From: an uncultured virus (IMG/VR IMGVR_UViG_3300015608_001493)
Taxonomy: Duplodnaviria > Heunggongvirae > Uroviricota > Caudoviricetes
Length of the DNA stretch: 64,000 bases
Virus record (IMG/VR): IMGVR_UViG_3300015608_001493
Strand: one strand, 5' to 3'
Position numbers and translations under genes: made by a program. The notes under the pieces were generated by a model that searched no databases, was not told the DNA's origin, and worked only from the letters and a program-made list of their open reading frames with translations. Shown in pieces: positions 1 through 9,560 of this stretch (positions are counted from its first letter, which is position 1; each line of letters begins with the position of its first letter).

Positions 1-213
1 TTTAAAAAATCCGAGCGTTTAGATATTGCTGAGAAAATTCTTGAAAGAGATAAACGTTTTAATCAGCAATACCAGGACGCTCTGAAAATACACACCTTAG
101 AAAAAGTCGTTGCGTTTTGTATTATGGTAATTGTTGTTTTTATCATATATTTGCAACTTCCTAAATACAAGGAAACAACTCATTACAAAGAGTATTATGA
201 ACAAAATCGCTGA
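1..213 (+). CDS. partial hypothetical membrane protein (5' end outside window)
   Basis: Open frame 1 ending TGA at 211-213, with a hydrophobic stretch VVAFCIMVIVVFIIYL. Confidence 0.6.
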   Translation, partial: FKKSERLDIAEKILERDKRFNQQYQDALKIHTLEKVVAFCIMVIVVFIIYLQLPKYKETTHYKEYYEQNR

Positions 214-624
214 CTTTTTGTAATTTAATGCTTATGACCAGTTTACAAATTGTTCAAAAAATAATTCAAAGTTGGGAAATGGACGATTATCTCGACTTTC
301 AGATAACTACTCAACCCGTCTATATTGATGAATATTTTAGTGATAATAATGTTCATGTAATGCAAGAATGTTTGGTTATTATTGCCAAACATAAGCAAAT
401 AACTGTTTTGCCCGCCGACTGTCATGCAGACTATACAGTAGAAACATATCAAACAGATTGTGTGAATGCAATTGATTTGTTACCATTTTCAATAGTGGTG
501 TTTGAATCGTTTTTCGGTATTCAAATTTTTGATGGATATAAAAATTCAATTTTTGAATGCTCAACGGATTTACTAAAGATTTTAGAATAACAGTGCTGAA
601 AAGGTAGACCTTTAAAACTTAATA

Positions 625-711
625 CGAGATGTGGCGAAACTGGTAGCACGCAGCAGACTTAAAATCTGCCGAGCAGGAATGCTCATACGGGTTCGAGTCC
701 CGTCATCTCGA
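625..711 (+). tRNA. tRNA-Leu(TAA)
   Basis: Acceptor CGAGATG/CATCTCG, D-loop with TGG, anticodon arm GCAGA-CTTAAAA-TCTGC, long variable arm GAGCA/TGCTC, T-loop GTTCGAGTC. Confidence 0.93.
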
Positions 712-922
712 CTCTATCGTTAATAATTTTAGTAATAATGTCTAAATATTTTTGAGAAGTTTTTGGTGTGATATATGATTGCTGACTTGTATCTATTATA
801 CATAGATCAATTTTCGCATTTTGGGCTTGATTATCAAGGTTGTCAAGACGAAACTGATTTCAACCAGTTTCTTCGAACACATGTTCGTTAAATTAAAATA
901 AAATACTAAATATCATAAAGTA

Positions 923-971
923 GGGAAAGACCTCTGGATAAGGAACTATTCCAGTAGGTCTTCAAAGTTCC
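923..971 (+). ncRNA. putative structured RNA between tRNA genes
   Basis: 12-bp bulged stem AAGACCT-CTGGA/TCCAG-T-AGGTCTT; loop GGAACT is complementary to downstream AGTTCC. Confidence 0.35.
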
Positions 972-1017
972 AATGTGATAAAAAACTTACGGTGATGAAA
1001 TTGGAATAAACCGTATT

Positions 1018-1089
1018 GCCGGATTAACTCAGTGGTAGAGTAACTGTTTTGTACTCAGTAAGTCAGGGGTTCGAATCCCTTATCCGGCT
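1018..1089 (+). tRNA. tRNA-Thr(TGT)
   Basis: Acceptor GCCGGAT/ATCCGGC, D arm CTCAGTGGTAGAG, anticodon loop TT-TGT-AC, T-loop GTTCGAATC. Confidence 0.92.
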
Positions 1090-1178
1090 CTAAACTAAAA
1101 ATTAAAATTCTGAAAAATTATATACTTTAAAATGAATTTTTTATTATTTATATAGTTGTATTAGGAGGCTTATTTATA

Positions 1179-1475
1179 GTGGCTTTTGACATAGCATCTG
1201 CTATGTCAATTAACTATGTCGAAGCAACGATTAAAGATTTAGTTTCTCAGCAAAATATTTCTGGATCAAAAGATAACACGAAAACCAATTTCAGATATAT
1301 TGTTATTACTGATAACGAAACTTTTATTGTTGAAAATAGTATTCTTAATGGTAAATTTGATAATTCGAACTTGTTTTTTCGTCTTGAAAAAGATAAAAAA
1401 TACAAGTTTAAAGTATCAGGATTTGGAAAAGGGTTTTTAACAGATTATCGAAACATTTTGTCTTATTCTCAATAA
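1179..1475 (+). CDS. putative secreted/membrane-anchored phage protein; N-terminus appears disrupted
   Basis: ORF track. In-frame hydrophobic codons extend upstream to an in-frame TAA at 1128. Confidence 0.5.
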   Translation: MAFDIASAMSINYVEATIKDLVSQQNISGSKDNTKTNFRYIVITDNETFIVENSILNGKFDNSNLFFRLEKDKKYKFKVSGFGKGFLTDYRNILSYSQ

Positions 1476-1482
1476 GACAATT

Positions 1483-1569
1483 GGAGAGTTGGGTGAGTGG
1501 TTGAAACCGACGGTCTTGAAAACCGTTGTACCTGCAAAGGTACCGTGGGTTCGAATCCCACATTCTCCG
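1483..1569 (+). tRNA. tRNA-Ser(TGA)
   Basis: Acceptor GGAGAGT/ATTCTCC, anticodon arm ACGGT-CTTGAAA-ACCGT, long variable arm GTACCT/AGGTAC, GTTCGAATC, G discriminator. Confidence 0.95.
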
Positions 1570-1595
1570 CTTCATAAATTTTAAGGATGGTAGGC

Positions 1596-1625
1596 AAGGG
1601 GTAGGTCAAGAGTACCTACCCCTTT
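1596..1625 (+). terminator. GC-rich hairpin terminator after tRNA cluster
   Basis: AAGGGGTAGGT / ACCTACCCCTT inverted repeat with T tail. Confidence 0.65.
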
Positions 1626-1872
1626 AACTTTTGTAAAAATGGATAGAATTAAACTTGCAATTTTATGGTTTTTGAATACTTTTTTTGAAAAGTATTTTTA
1701 TTTGTGTGTAACACTGGTTTTAATGGTACTAAACCTGTTACCTTTTCCGCAAACAGTTGGTGAAGCCTTATTTTTCACAATTGTTGTTTTTATTTTTTAT
1801 GAATTAATCGAATATCTTATCAAGAAGATAAAAATAAGTTTTACAACCATATAAAAACTCAGTTCATTGTAA

Positions 1873-4002
1873 ATGACGTTTAGAGAGTTTAATAGACAGA
1901 TCCAAAATCAATTTGATCAAATGCAACAATACAAGTTGTTTCGATTGAATTGTTCTGGACAGCAAATCTGGGATACGTATTTAGCAGGATTTACTCGTGA
2001 AGAAGACCCTGTGTTTCGTGATCCTCAAAGTTCAACACATACCTGTAATAACGATAAAAATTTTATTCGTCGTTATGGGAATATGGTAGCAATTGACAAT
2101 GACTATAACCTGATGACACTATTTGATGTAGATGTTACAGGGAGTATTTATGAAAACACTATTAAAAATCTAAGGAAATTTCTTCAATCTTATAGTGTGT
2201 CAGAGGTATTCTTTGAAACCTATAACGAGTTAAATAGTTTACCTTATGAAAAAATCACCAGATATCAAAATAAATATCGTCTTGGACATGACAAGTCTCT
2301 AAAACGATATAGTCAAGAGGAAGTAGATAAATTTGGGGTAGTAAACACTACTGATATCTACACTTTTTATCACTTTCATGTTCTTCTTGACGGTAGGTTT
2401 GTGAAACAAACCAATACAAGTATTGAATCTATTATGGCGTCTTATAGAGACGCTAAAAATGTTTTTGAACGAGGTTTGTCTGAAATCTCTTTGGACACAT
2501 TTGAATTGGTGAAAGATTTAGTTCTCCAAGGTAGTTTGCTGAATGCCGATCAATATTTTGATAAATTGGAACGTTTCATTGAGTTTAAAAAACAATATGA
2601 CAATATTCCAAACAACAAACAAAACAATTGGCTTTGGGTAAATTCTTACGAGTTACCTTTTGCTAAGTTTCGTAATGAATTGTTAGGTACTTTATGCGTT
2701 GAACTTACAGAAGGGAAAGACTTAAATCAAGCCTGTTTAGAGTTTAATAAAAGGGCTGATCCTTCAAACTATATGAAGGCTAAGGCTCCTATTACACAGC
2801 GTCAAATTGATGAAACAAATAACTTTGTCCAAGAACACGGATATATTGACTCGTTTAAGCGTAGGTTTGCAACTCTTTCGGATATTAATTTGTCCGAGAT
2901 CAAACATATGAATGTTGACGGGGAGAAAGAAAAACCCGTAGGTTTGTTTGCTGGTGTTCAACCATCTAAACCTACTCAGCATAAACGTTCTGTGTTTGAG
3001 GGTGTTCAAGAAGTTCCAATGGAAGAATTTATGCAAAATATTCTTCCACGTTGTACTTCTGTGAAACTGTTTTTGGAAAATCGTCATCACAACAACTTTG
3101 TATCTTTAATTACTGCAAATGAAAATAGTAAACCTATTTTCAAATGGAGTAATAACTTTTCCTGGACCTATCGCAACAACCTTACAGGTAAAAGTGAAAT
3201 TAAAGAATCTGTAAAAGTTGCAGGGGGTAATGTTGAAGGGGTGTTAAGGTGTTCTCTTGCTTGGAATGAATCAGGTAAAGATCAATCTGATCTTGACTTA
3301 TGGTGTGTTCAGCCAAATAAGGAGAGAATTGGTTTTAACACTGATTTTAGAAAAGACTCTGGAAATCATTTCAGTTCGTGTTCAGGTCAGTTAGACCTTG
3401 ATGAACAACATCCTGGTAAAAAACAGGCTGTTGAAAATATCTATTTTACAGATATTAAAAAACTGAAAAATGGAAAATACTTGTTTTTTGTGAACCAGTT
3501 TGCAAACAGAGGTTCAAAAGGCTTTAAAGCCGAAATTGAGTTTGATGGTCAAATATACTCTTATGAGTATCCAAGAGCCGTGGTAGGGGCTATTAATGTT
3601 GCAACGGTATCTTTTGAAAATGGACAATTTTCAATTGAGCATCATCTTCCTGAGTCAAATCAGTCTAAAAATATTTGGGAGTTAGAGTCAAACAAGTTTC
3701 ATAAGGTAAACCTAGTTTGCTTATCACCTAACTATTGGGGAGACAATAACATAGGAAATAAACATTATTTCTTTATGTTAGAAGGATGTGCTTCTGATGA
3801 ACCTCTTCGCTCGTTTCATAATGAGTATCTCAACGGTGATCTATTGAATTACCGTAAGGTTTTGGAAGTTCTTGCAGATACAACTCGTATTGCCCCTACT
3901 AAACCTCAACTTGCAGGTCTAGGGTTTAATGCAACAGTAAAAGATTCAGTTATTCTGAAACTAAAAGGCTCTTTTGAAAGAGTCATAAAAGTAACAACAT
4001 GA
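1873..4002 (+). CDS. large phage protein (709 aa) with a YfaP/DUF2135-like domain
   Basis: LRCSLAWN..DQSDLDLWC..P..LDLD..AVENIYF motif pattern. Confidence 0.55.
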   Translation: MTFREFNRQIQNQFDQMQQYKLFRLNCSGQQIWDTYLAGFTREEDPVFRDPQSSTHTCNNDKNFIRRYGNMVAIDNDYNLMTLFDVDVTGSIYENTIKNLRKFLQSYSVSEVFFETYNELNSLPYEKITRYQNKYRLGHDKSLKRYSQEEVDKFGVVNTTDIYTFYHFHVLLDGRFVKQTNTSIESIMASYRDAKNVFERGLSEISLDTFELVKDLVLQGSLLNADQYFDKLERFIEFKKQYDNIPNNKQNNWLWVNSYELPFAKFRNELLGTLCVELTEGKDLNQACLEFNKRADPSNYMKAKAPITQRQIDETNNFVQEHGYIDSFKRRFATLSDINLSEIKHMNVDGEKEKPVGLFAGVQPSKPTQHKRSVFEGVQEVPMEEFMQNILPRCTSVKLFLENRHHNNFVSLITANENSKPIFKWSNNFSWTYRNNLTGKSEIKESVKVAGGNVEGVLRCSLAWNESGKDQSDLDLWCVQPNKERIGFNTDFRKDSGNHFSSCSGQLDLDEQHPGKKQAVENIYFTDIKKLKNGKYLFFVNQFANRGSKGFKAEIEFDGQIYSYEYPRAVVGAINVATVSFENGQFSIEHHLPESNQSKNIWELESNKFHKVNLVCLSPNYWGDNNIGNKHYFFMLEGCASDEPLRSFHNEYLNGDLLNYRKVLEVLADTTRIAPTKPQLAGLGFNATVKDSVILKLKGSFERVIKVTT

Positions 4003-4370
4003 GTATATTTGAAAAAGCATCACGCGAAAAACTAAGGTTCCCTTTTAATGGCACCGCTTCTGTGGAGCAACTTTGGGACGCAGATGTTAATCAGTTAACT
4101 GATTATGAATCTGAACTTATTGAAATTATTGAAAAATACGGCAAGAAAAACCGTAGAAACAAACGGAGAGTAACCAGAGAGGAAGAACGTAACATTCTGC
4201 GTTTGGAAATTGTAACTCATATTTTGAACACACTAGAAAGAGAAGCCGAGGAAGAGAATGTTCGTAAAGAACAAAGGCGTCAAGAACAAAAAATTCTTGA
4301 GGTTATTTCTCGCAAAGAAGATGCGGAACTTGAAAACATGAGCATCGAAGAACTCAAAAAACTTCTGTAA
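3999..4370 (+). CDS. conserved phage coiled-coil protein, translationally coupled to the 709 aa gene
   Basis: ATGA overlap; MSIFEKASREKLRFP N-terminus; charged C-terminal helix. Confidence 0.6.
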   Translation: MSIFEKASREKLRFPFNGTASVEQLWDADVNQLTDYESELIEIIEKYGKKNRRNKRRVTREEERNILRLEIVTHILNTLEREAEEENVRKEQRRQEQKILEVISRKEDAELENMSIEELKKLL

Positions 4371-4375
4371 TAACT

Positions 4376-4399
4376 TTGGGGGTAGGAAACTACCCCCAA
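4376..4399 (+). terminator. GC hairpin (terminator or processing signal) directly before the tRNA-like gene
   Basis: TTGGGGGTAG-GAAA-CTACCCCCAA; no U tract. Confidence 0.5.
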
Positions 4400-4401
4400 C
4401 T

Positions 4402-4489
4402 GGTCCCGTAACACATCATCGTTCTAAGGTGACGCTCTAAAAAGTGTAATTGGAAACAGCGTTTGGGAGTTCGAGCCTCTCCGGGATCA
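4402..4489 (+). tRNA. non-canonical tRNA-Arg(TCT)-like gene with rearranged D arm
   Basis: Acceptor GGTCCCG/CGGGATC, T arm GGGAG-TTCGAGC-CTCTC and anticodon arm TCATC-GTTCTAA-GGTGA. The D-loop-like GTGT-AATTGGAA lies 3' of the anticodon arm. Confidence 0.7.
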
Positions 4490-4522
4490 CACAGATTGGT
4501 AAAATTGAATTTTGATTTAAGT

Positions 4523-4891
4523 ATGAAACTATTAATAGCACTTGTGCTCCTAAACATAGGAATTGTGGCTTGGGAAAAATATAAACCTATTCCAAATCCT
4601 GAACAAGAACAGTTTGAAACGTATGTTTCAAAAGCCACATACTACTCTAAGGTAACAGGAGTTCCGGTTGAAATTTTGATTTTTTTAAAAATCGATACCT
4701 TAGAGAAGTTAAAAACATTAATAAAACATTATCCCCATCTTCGAGGAACAACATTAAACACATGGATTGATGGTATATCACCTCGTTTAGGATGGAGAGA
4801 AAGATTAACGATTAAAAAGTATGAACAGTGGAATAAAAATCGTAGAAAACAGACCAACCAGAAATCCAAGATCACCAAAAATAGGAATTAG
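4523..4891 (+). CDS. membrane-anchored protein, possible degenerate GH73 paralog
   Basis: N-terminal TM segment; pattern resembles GH73 outer helices without the catalytic LES segment. Confidence 0.35.
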   Translation: MKLLIALVLLNIGIVAWEKYKPIPNPEQEQFETYVSKATYYSKVTGVPVEILIFLKIDTLEKLKTLIKHYPHLRGTTLNTWIDGISPRLGWRERLTIKKYEQWNKNRRKQTNQKSKITKNRN

Positions 4892-5639
4892 TGTAATTTT
4901 GCTTATTCTGTCATTGCTTGTCAGTTGTAGTGCAGTATTTGTGAAACTGAAAACACCTGAGATGCAAGTTCAAGAAGTGGTTATTGTAGATACAGTAGTA
5001 ATTAAAGAACGAGAGGTGTCTTTTGAAGAAGTAAAACATCATAATCCAAGATACGATAGTAAAAAAGTTGTTGCTATTACCGATATTGTTAAAAACCCAA
5101 ATGTTCTGGATTTTTTATGTCATGATCAAAGGGTACAAAGAGCATATAAAGTGCAAAAAGAAACAGGTCTTTTTGCAACAGTAATTCTTGCTCAAAAAGG
5201 TTTAGAGTCGGCTTGGGGTAAAAGTACACTTACCAAAAAGACTAAAAATCAAGGAAATATTAAATGTCTTTGCAATCGAAACTCAAAACTTCGCAAAGAA
5301 CATAAAAAACTTGCAACCCAAGGACACCCTGTTTGCCACAGAGCGTATGATAAGATTGAAAAATCAAACGATTATTACGTCAGTTTAAAAACAAACTGGG
5401 AAGGGTGGAATCTTTATCGTAATTTGATTACAAAAAGGTTTTCAAAAGTTGCTGAAATGGATACTTTTCAGCAACAAGTAGAGTTTTTAAAAAAAAGAGG
5501 TTACGCAACAGCAAAAAACTATGTACCGTTAATTATAGAAATTATTCAGGTTAATAATTTTGATAAACTACAAAACTATATTGACCAAGGTTACACGATT
5601 ACTACGAGTAACGGCAAATATGTAATTTTTGAACCGTAA
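4821..5639 (+). CDS. GH73 glucosaminidase/muramidase (peptidoglycan hydrolase) with N-terminal membrane anchor
   Basis: ILAQKGLESAWGKS (catalytic Glu), N.GNIK and GYAT..Y motifs. Confidence 0.85.
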   Translation: MNSGIKIVENRPTRNPRSPKIGISVILLILSLLVSCSAVFVKLKTPEMQVQEVVIVDTVVIKEREVSFEEVKHHNPRYDSKKVVAITDIVKNPNVLDFLCHDQRVQRAYKVQKETGLFATVILAQKGLESAWGKSTLTKKTKNQGNIKCLCNRNSKLRKEHKKLATQGHPVCHRAYDKIEKSNDYYVSLKTNWEGWNLYRNLITKRFSKVAEMDTFQQQVEFLKKRGYATAKNYVPLIIEIIQVNNFDKLQNYIDQGYTITTSNGKYVIFEP

Positions 5640-7286
5640 AGCAAAATGACAATTGAAACGTATTTAAAATCAGATTTCAAGATTGGGTTTATGACTTCTT
5701 TTCCTGTTAAAGAAGTCGTAAACTCTTATACTTGTGAGATTCCTTGTCGAAATATACCTGTAAAATTTCAGGTTCATGTTTGTTTGTTTTCTTTTGGAGA
5801 GCAAAATGAATATGACTGTCCTGGTATTATTACAGATAGAGTAGACATTTCACACAAACTTTTTTTGCATGGGTTTGGACAAGGTGTAGATCATGAGATT
5901 TTAGCGATGCGAGAAGGTATTGTTAAAATTGCAGAACAAGAGGGTTTTATCATTTGCGATGTTATTAATGATTGGCCATATGCCAAAGTAACTGTTACAA
6001 ATTTAAACAAACAGTTTTAACATAGAAAAATTAGAAAAATACAATAGAATTAAATATTTCTTATTGTTTCTTTGGGTTCTACTTGGGTTAATTTCTTTGA
6101 TGCTTTACAGTTCTTTTGAAACAAAAGAAATTTATATAGTTAAACCTCAGTATACTCCGTTAGGATTGTTTGTAAAAAAGTTGTAGGATGGATGTTTTTT
6201 ATTGTATATTTTGTAAACCAAGTCGTAATAGGTTTTTTAACTGATAAAAATGAATAAATTTTTTAGTATCGCTTTTTTTATTTTGGTGTGGTTGACTTGT
6301 ACCGCACAACCTACTTTTACTGTTTATGCAATCAACGCAGACAGTATTAATGTGGGACATATCACGTTTAAACCCGAAATTAAAGATGGGTTTGTATTTT
6401 ATCACTTGGAATATCTTGGAAAAAAACCTTTCCAAGATTGTACTTTTATTGTAGATGAACCGTATCAAGGTTTTTTGAATGCTTACAACCAACTGTTGTG
6501 TAAAGCAGACTTTAATTTGGTTCTTATGGATAACAACTTAGAGTGGGGTGAAGAGTATACCAGTTGGTTTTTCCCCACTTTAATTAAAACAGCATGTGAT
6601 TGTGAATTACCAACCGAGATCCGTCTGGATCAAAATTAATAAGCCATTGATCAATGTGTGTTTAGGAGTAATAATCCTCACATTGATTCGATGGATGTTT
6701 ACTGACTGGGACTTCGAACAGACTTTGTATCGTATTCTCGAGTCTTTAGTCCTAGTGTTTGCAGGCTATTTAATCAACGCGCATAAGATGCAAGAATATG
6801 TTTAATTTCCTCCAAAAGGTTGAAACTGGTGATTTTATTATAACTAATACAGGACTTGTGTTTCGAGTCGAGAATGTACTTAAAAGTCAAGTTATCTGCT
6901 CAAAAGGTTATTTTGAAATTATTAACTTCAACCCAACTTGGGTTCCAAAACCCGATCCTATTGTTTTGAAAAAAAGGATTGTAAAAAAGATTACGCTGGA
7001 AGAAGCGTATGATAAACTAAAACAAAATGTCAGAAAATAAATATGATCTTCGGATCATTGATGACTTTACTGGTCTTCCGGTAAACACTCCCATTTTTAT
7101 CAATTTTGGGAATGGTAGAGGTTTAGTTAGTCGTTTTAAGGGATATAATGAAATCCTGGATATAGTATTTCACTTGCCTGATGACTATAGAACTTTGCAA
7201 ACCGATTTGGCAAGCAAGGTGTATGAATTAATTGAGACGACATAATGTATTTAAAGTGTTTCAGTTAACGTTAAAAAACATTAAAC

Positions 7287-7661
7287 ATGTTTATCGTAAA
7301 TGTAGGTTTGTTTCGTGGTGGTTCTAAGGGAACCGCAACCTCTGATGTAAACGGTAAAATGCCGGTAATTCTTTCACCGCTCAATGATGCGCATTTGTTT
7401 CCGACAAACCGTGTTTTGTCCGGAACAGTAGCAGAAAATGCGGGGTTAATTGTAGGGGGCGTGTATTTGGTTAAAGTAACTCATACGGGTAACAACTCGT
7501 ATGGTGCCCAGTATCAATTCGAGCGTATTGGCTCAGAACTTGATCCTCTGGACGCCGTAACAAGAATAAATGCGATTAAAGGTCAAATTTTTGTAGCCAC
7601 CGGAGTAAAATCTGTGGTTAAAGAAGATGTTCCGGTGACCGATGACAATGTACCGTTTTAA
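7287..7661 (+). CDS. hypothetical protein with acidic-PF tail (SSB-like tail)
   Basis: Ends DDNVPF; followed by a strong hairpin at 7667-7691. Confidence 0.45.
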   Translation: MFIVNVGLFRGGSKGTATSDVNGKMPVILSPLNDAHLFPTNRVLSGTVAENAGLIVGGVYLVKVTHTGNNSYGAQYQFERIGSELDPLDAVTRINAIKGQIFVATGVKSVVKEDVPVTDDNVPF

Positions 7662-7666
7662 TTTTA

Positions 7667-7691
7667 AGGGGTGGGAATAACTCCCACCCCT
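7667..7691 (+). terminator. GC hairpin
   Basis: AGGGGTGGGA / TCCCACCCCT. Confidence 0.5.
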
Positions 7692-8259
7692 ATATCCAAT
7701 TTAAATATGCTATCTAATTTTCAAGTTTCAGTTCTAAATTTGCTCCAAGAAGCAAAATTGAAAAGCGAATCAAATCGTGGATTTGCTACTACTGCTCGCA
7801 GTGTAGTTAACACGCTTAAAACTGATTTGAATCCTTACATTCAAAATCAGTTTTCTTTCTTAGAGCAATCGAGTTATATTAAAAATGGTCAAATTACCGA
7901 AAAAGGTAGTTCGATCATTATTCACAACCCTCGGTGTCTATCCAACATCGAACTTCAAAAACGAATGAATTTTCATCTTTTTGAAGCAATTTCCAGAGAG
8001 AAACTGGAAAACGCAATGTCTTTTTGGAGTGATGAAACACTTACCGAAGTAACCAATTGTATTCTTGTTGAAATCTGCAATCGTATGGATAAAGGTTATC
8101 AACCTTCATCTTTGTTTGCTTCGTTTGTACAAGACTATAACACTCATCAGGAACCACCTGTCATCGAACTTCCTCGGGAAGTTATCCTGGATGAACTGGT
8201 AATACCTGTGGTTGAGGTGAAACAGAAACAAACAAGAAAGAAAAAGGAAATAGTTTTTG

Positions 8260-8290
8260 AGGGGGAGTAATCCCCCTTATTTTTTATTTT
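8260..8290 (+). terminator. intrinsic terminator
   Basis: AGGGGGA-GTAA-TCCCCCT followed by a T-rich tract. Confidence 0.7.
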
Positions 8291-8626
8291 ATGTTATCCA
8301 ATAGGTTTAAATCAGGCAAGTATATAGGGCGTACATACTTAGATGTGTGGAAAGAAAACCCCTCTTATATGTATTGGATGCAGGAAAACTTTGAGTACTT
8401 TCGAAAGGTTGTTAAGGCTCTTGAAGAAAGAGATAGGCAAATTGCAGCCAATAAACCTAGGGTAAAACATAAGTTTCCATCTGTGGAAGAGGTTCGAGAG
8501 TTTCTCAAAAAAAATCCTATTTTAGGATTTGATTTAACAGACCACGTTACATCAATATATGAGAGTTGTCCTGATTCAGAGAAATTTGAATACTGGCAGT
8601 CATTAAAAGAAAGAAACAAATTATGA
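8291..8626 (+). CDS. DUF3820/ExoX C-terminal-like small domain protein
   Basis: FKSGKYIGRTYLDV...PSYMYW fits the (F)GKYxG...Y..W pattern. Confidence 0.5.
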   Translation: MLSNRFKSGKYIGRTYLDVWKENPSYMYWMQENFEYFRKVVKALEERDRQIAANKPRVKHKFPSVEEVREFLKKNPILGFDLTDHVTSIYESCPDSEKFEYWQSLKERNKL

Positions 8627-9263
8627 TTAAAATTTTAGACGAGTTAATTGCTAACTTTATAAGATATCGAGGTAAAACACCTAGTAAAATTGTTTTAGAT
8701 ATGCACTCTTATGGATTATTAGAAAGTGAATGTAAAAAGATTTCTAATATACAAACGAGTTTGAGTATAACTCATTATCAGGAGATTGCTATTGAAATTT
8801 GTTTTGACCATAAAACGGTAATAGAAATACAATGAAACCAACACCGCAACAAGTCGAAATTATTAAATGCCTAAAAATAGAGATGACTCATTGGCAAAAC
8901 ACCAATGATATTAGAAGTCCTACCCATGATTCTGATCTCACTGCTGAACTCAGTAAGTTTGAATATGATTTTGGAATGTCCGAGGAAGATTGGAAAGACA
9001 TCCATGAGCATCTTTGGCAAATTTTTTTAATTATTCGAAAATATCCTTGATATGAACGAGACCATATTTTATGCAACATTTGAAGCAAACTATAACGGAC
9101 AAAAAACTGAATCTTCTACGGTGCACTATACAAATGAAGAAAAAACTCTTTTTGATTTTGTTGAATGGATAGGAGAGTGTCAAGAACAAATTAAAACATC
9201 CATTGGTGATCCAAATGTTAATGTGCTAGTCACGTCTATAAATTTTATTAAAAATACTCACTG

Positions 9264-9560
9264 ATGCAACTGATAAAAAATAAACTTCAAGTTCGGCATT
9301 ATCCTCAAGTGCCATGTCGTCCTTTTTGTGTAGATGTAAAAGATGAGTTTGAAGCCAAAAAGATTTTAGATACTTTGGCAAACCAGCATCTTTGGTTGTA
9401 TGAAAACAAAATTATTCCAGACTATTGTAACGTGATTGAGGTAGTTATGTTGGAAGATGAAGATGGAAATTCAGATTGGATAAGTTATTGGAACGAAAAA
9501 GAACAAATGGACTGGAACGAGTTTGAAGAAACATATCTGACTAAAAATGAGACAGTATAA
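9264..9560 (+). CDS. P22 gp17-like superinfection-exclusion-related protein
   Basis: LQVRHYPQVPCRPF.V.V....PDYCN resembles P22 gp17. Confidence 0.65.
   Translation: MQLIKNKLQVRHYPQVPCRPFCVDVKDEFEAKKILDTLANQHLWLYENKIIPDYCNVIEVVMLEDEDGNSDWISYWNEKEQMDWNEFEETYLTKNETV

Noticed and set aside
836..889. Hairpins GAAACTG/CAGTTTC and CGAACA/TGTTCG
   Set aside because: They lie inside a plausible 38 aa ORF starting at 776 and are weak enough to be chance.
4432..4447. Reading the tRNA-like gene as an amber/ochre suppressor or Leu tRNA via ACGCT-CTAAAA-AGTGT
   Set aside because: The loop is only 6 nt and the layout gives no proper D arm. The TCT arm has a 7-nt loop and a matching A20.
4390..4638. - strand 82 aa ORF and the extended 4463 start
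   Set aside because: They overlap the tRNA-like gene. The real start is more likely the ATG at 4523.
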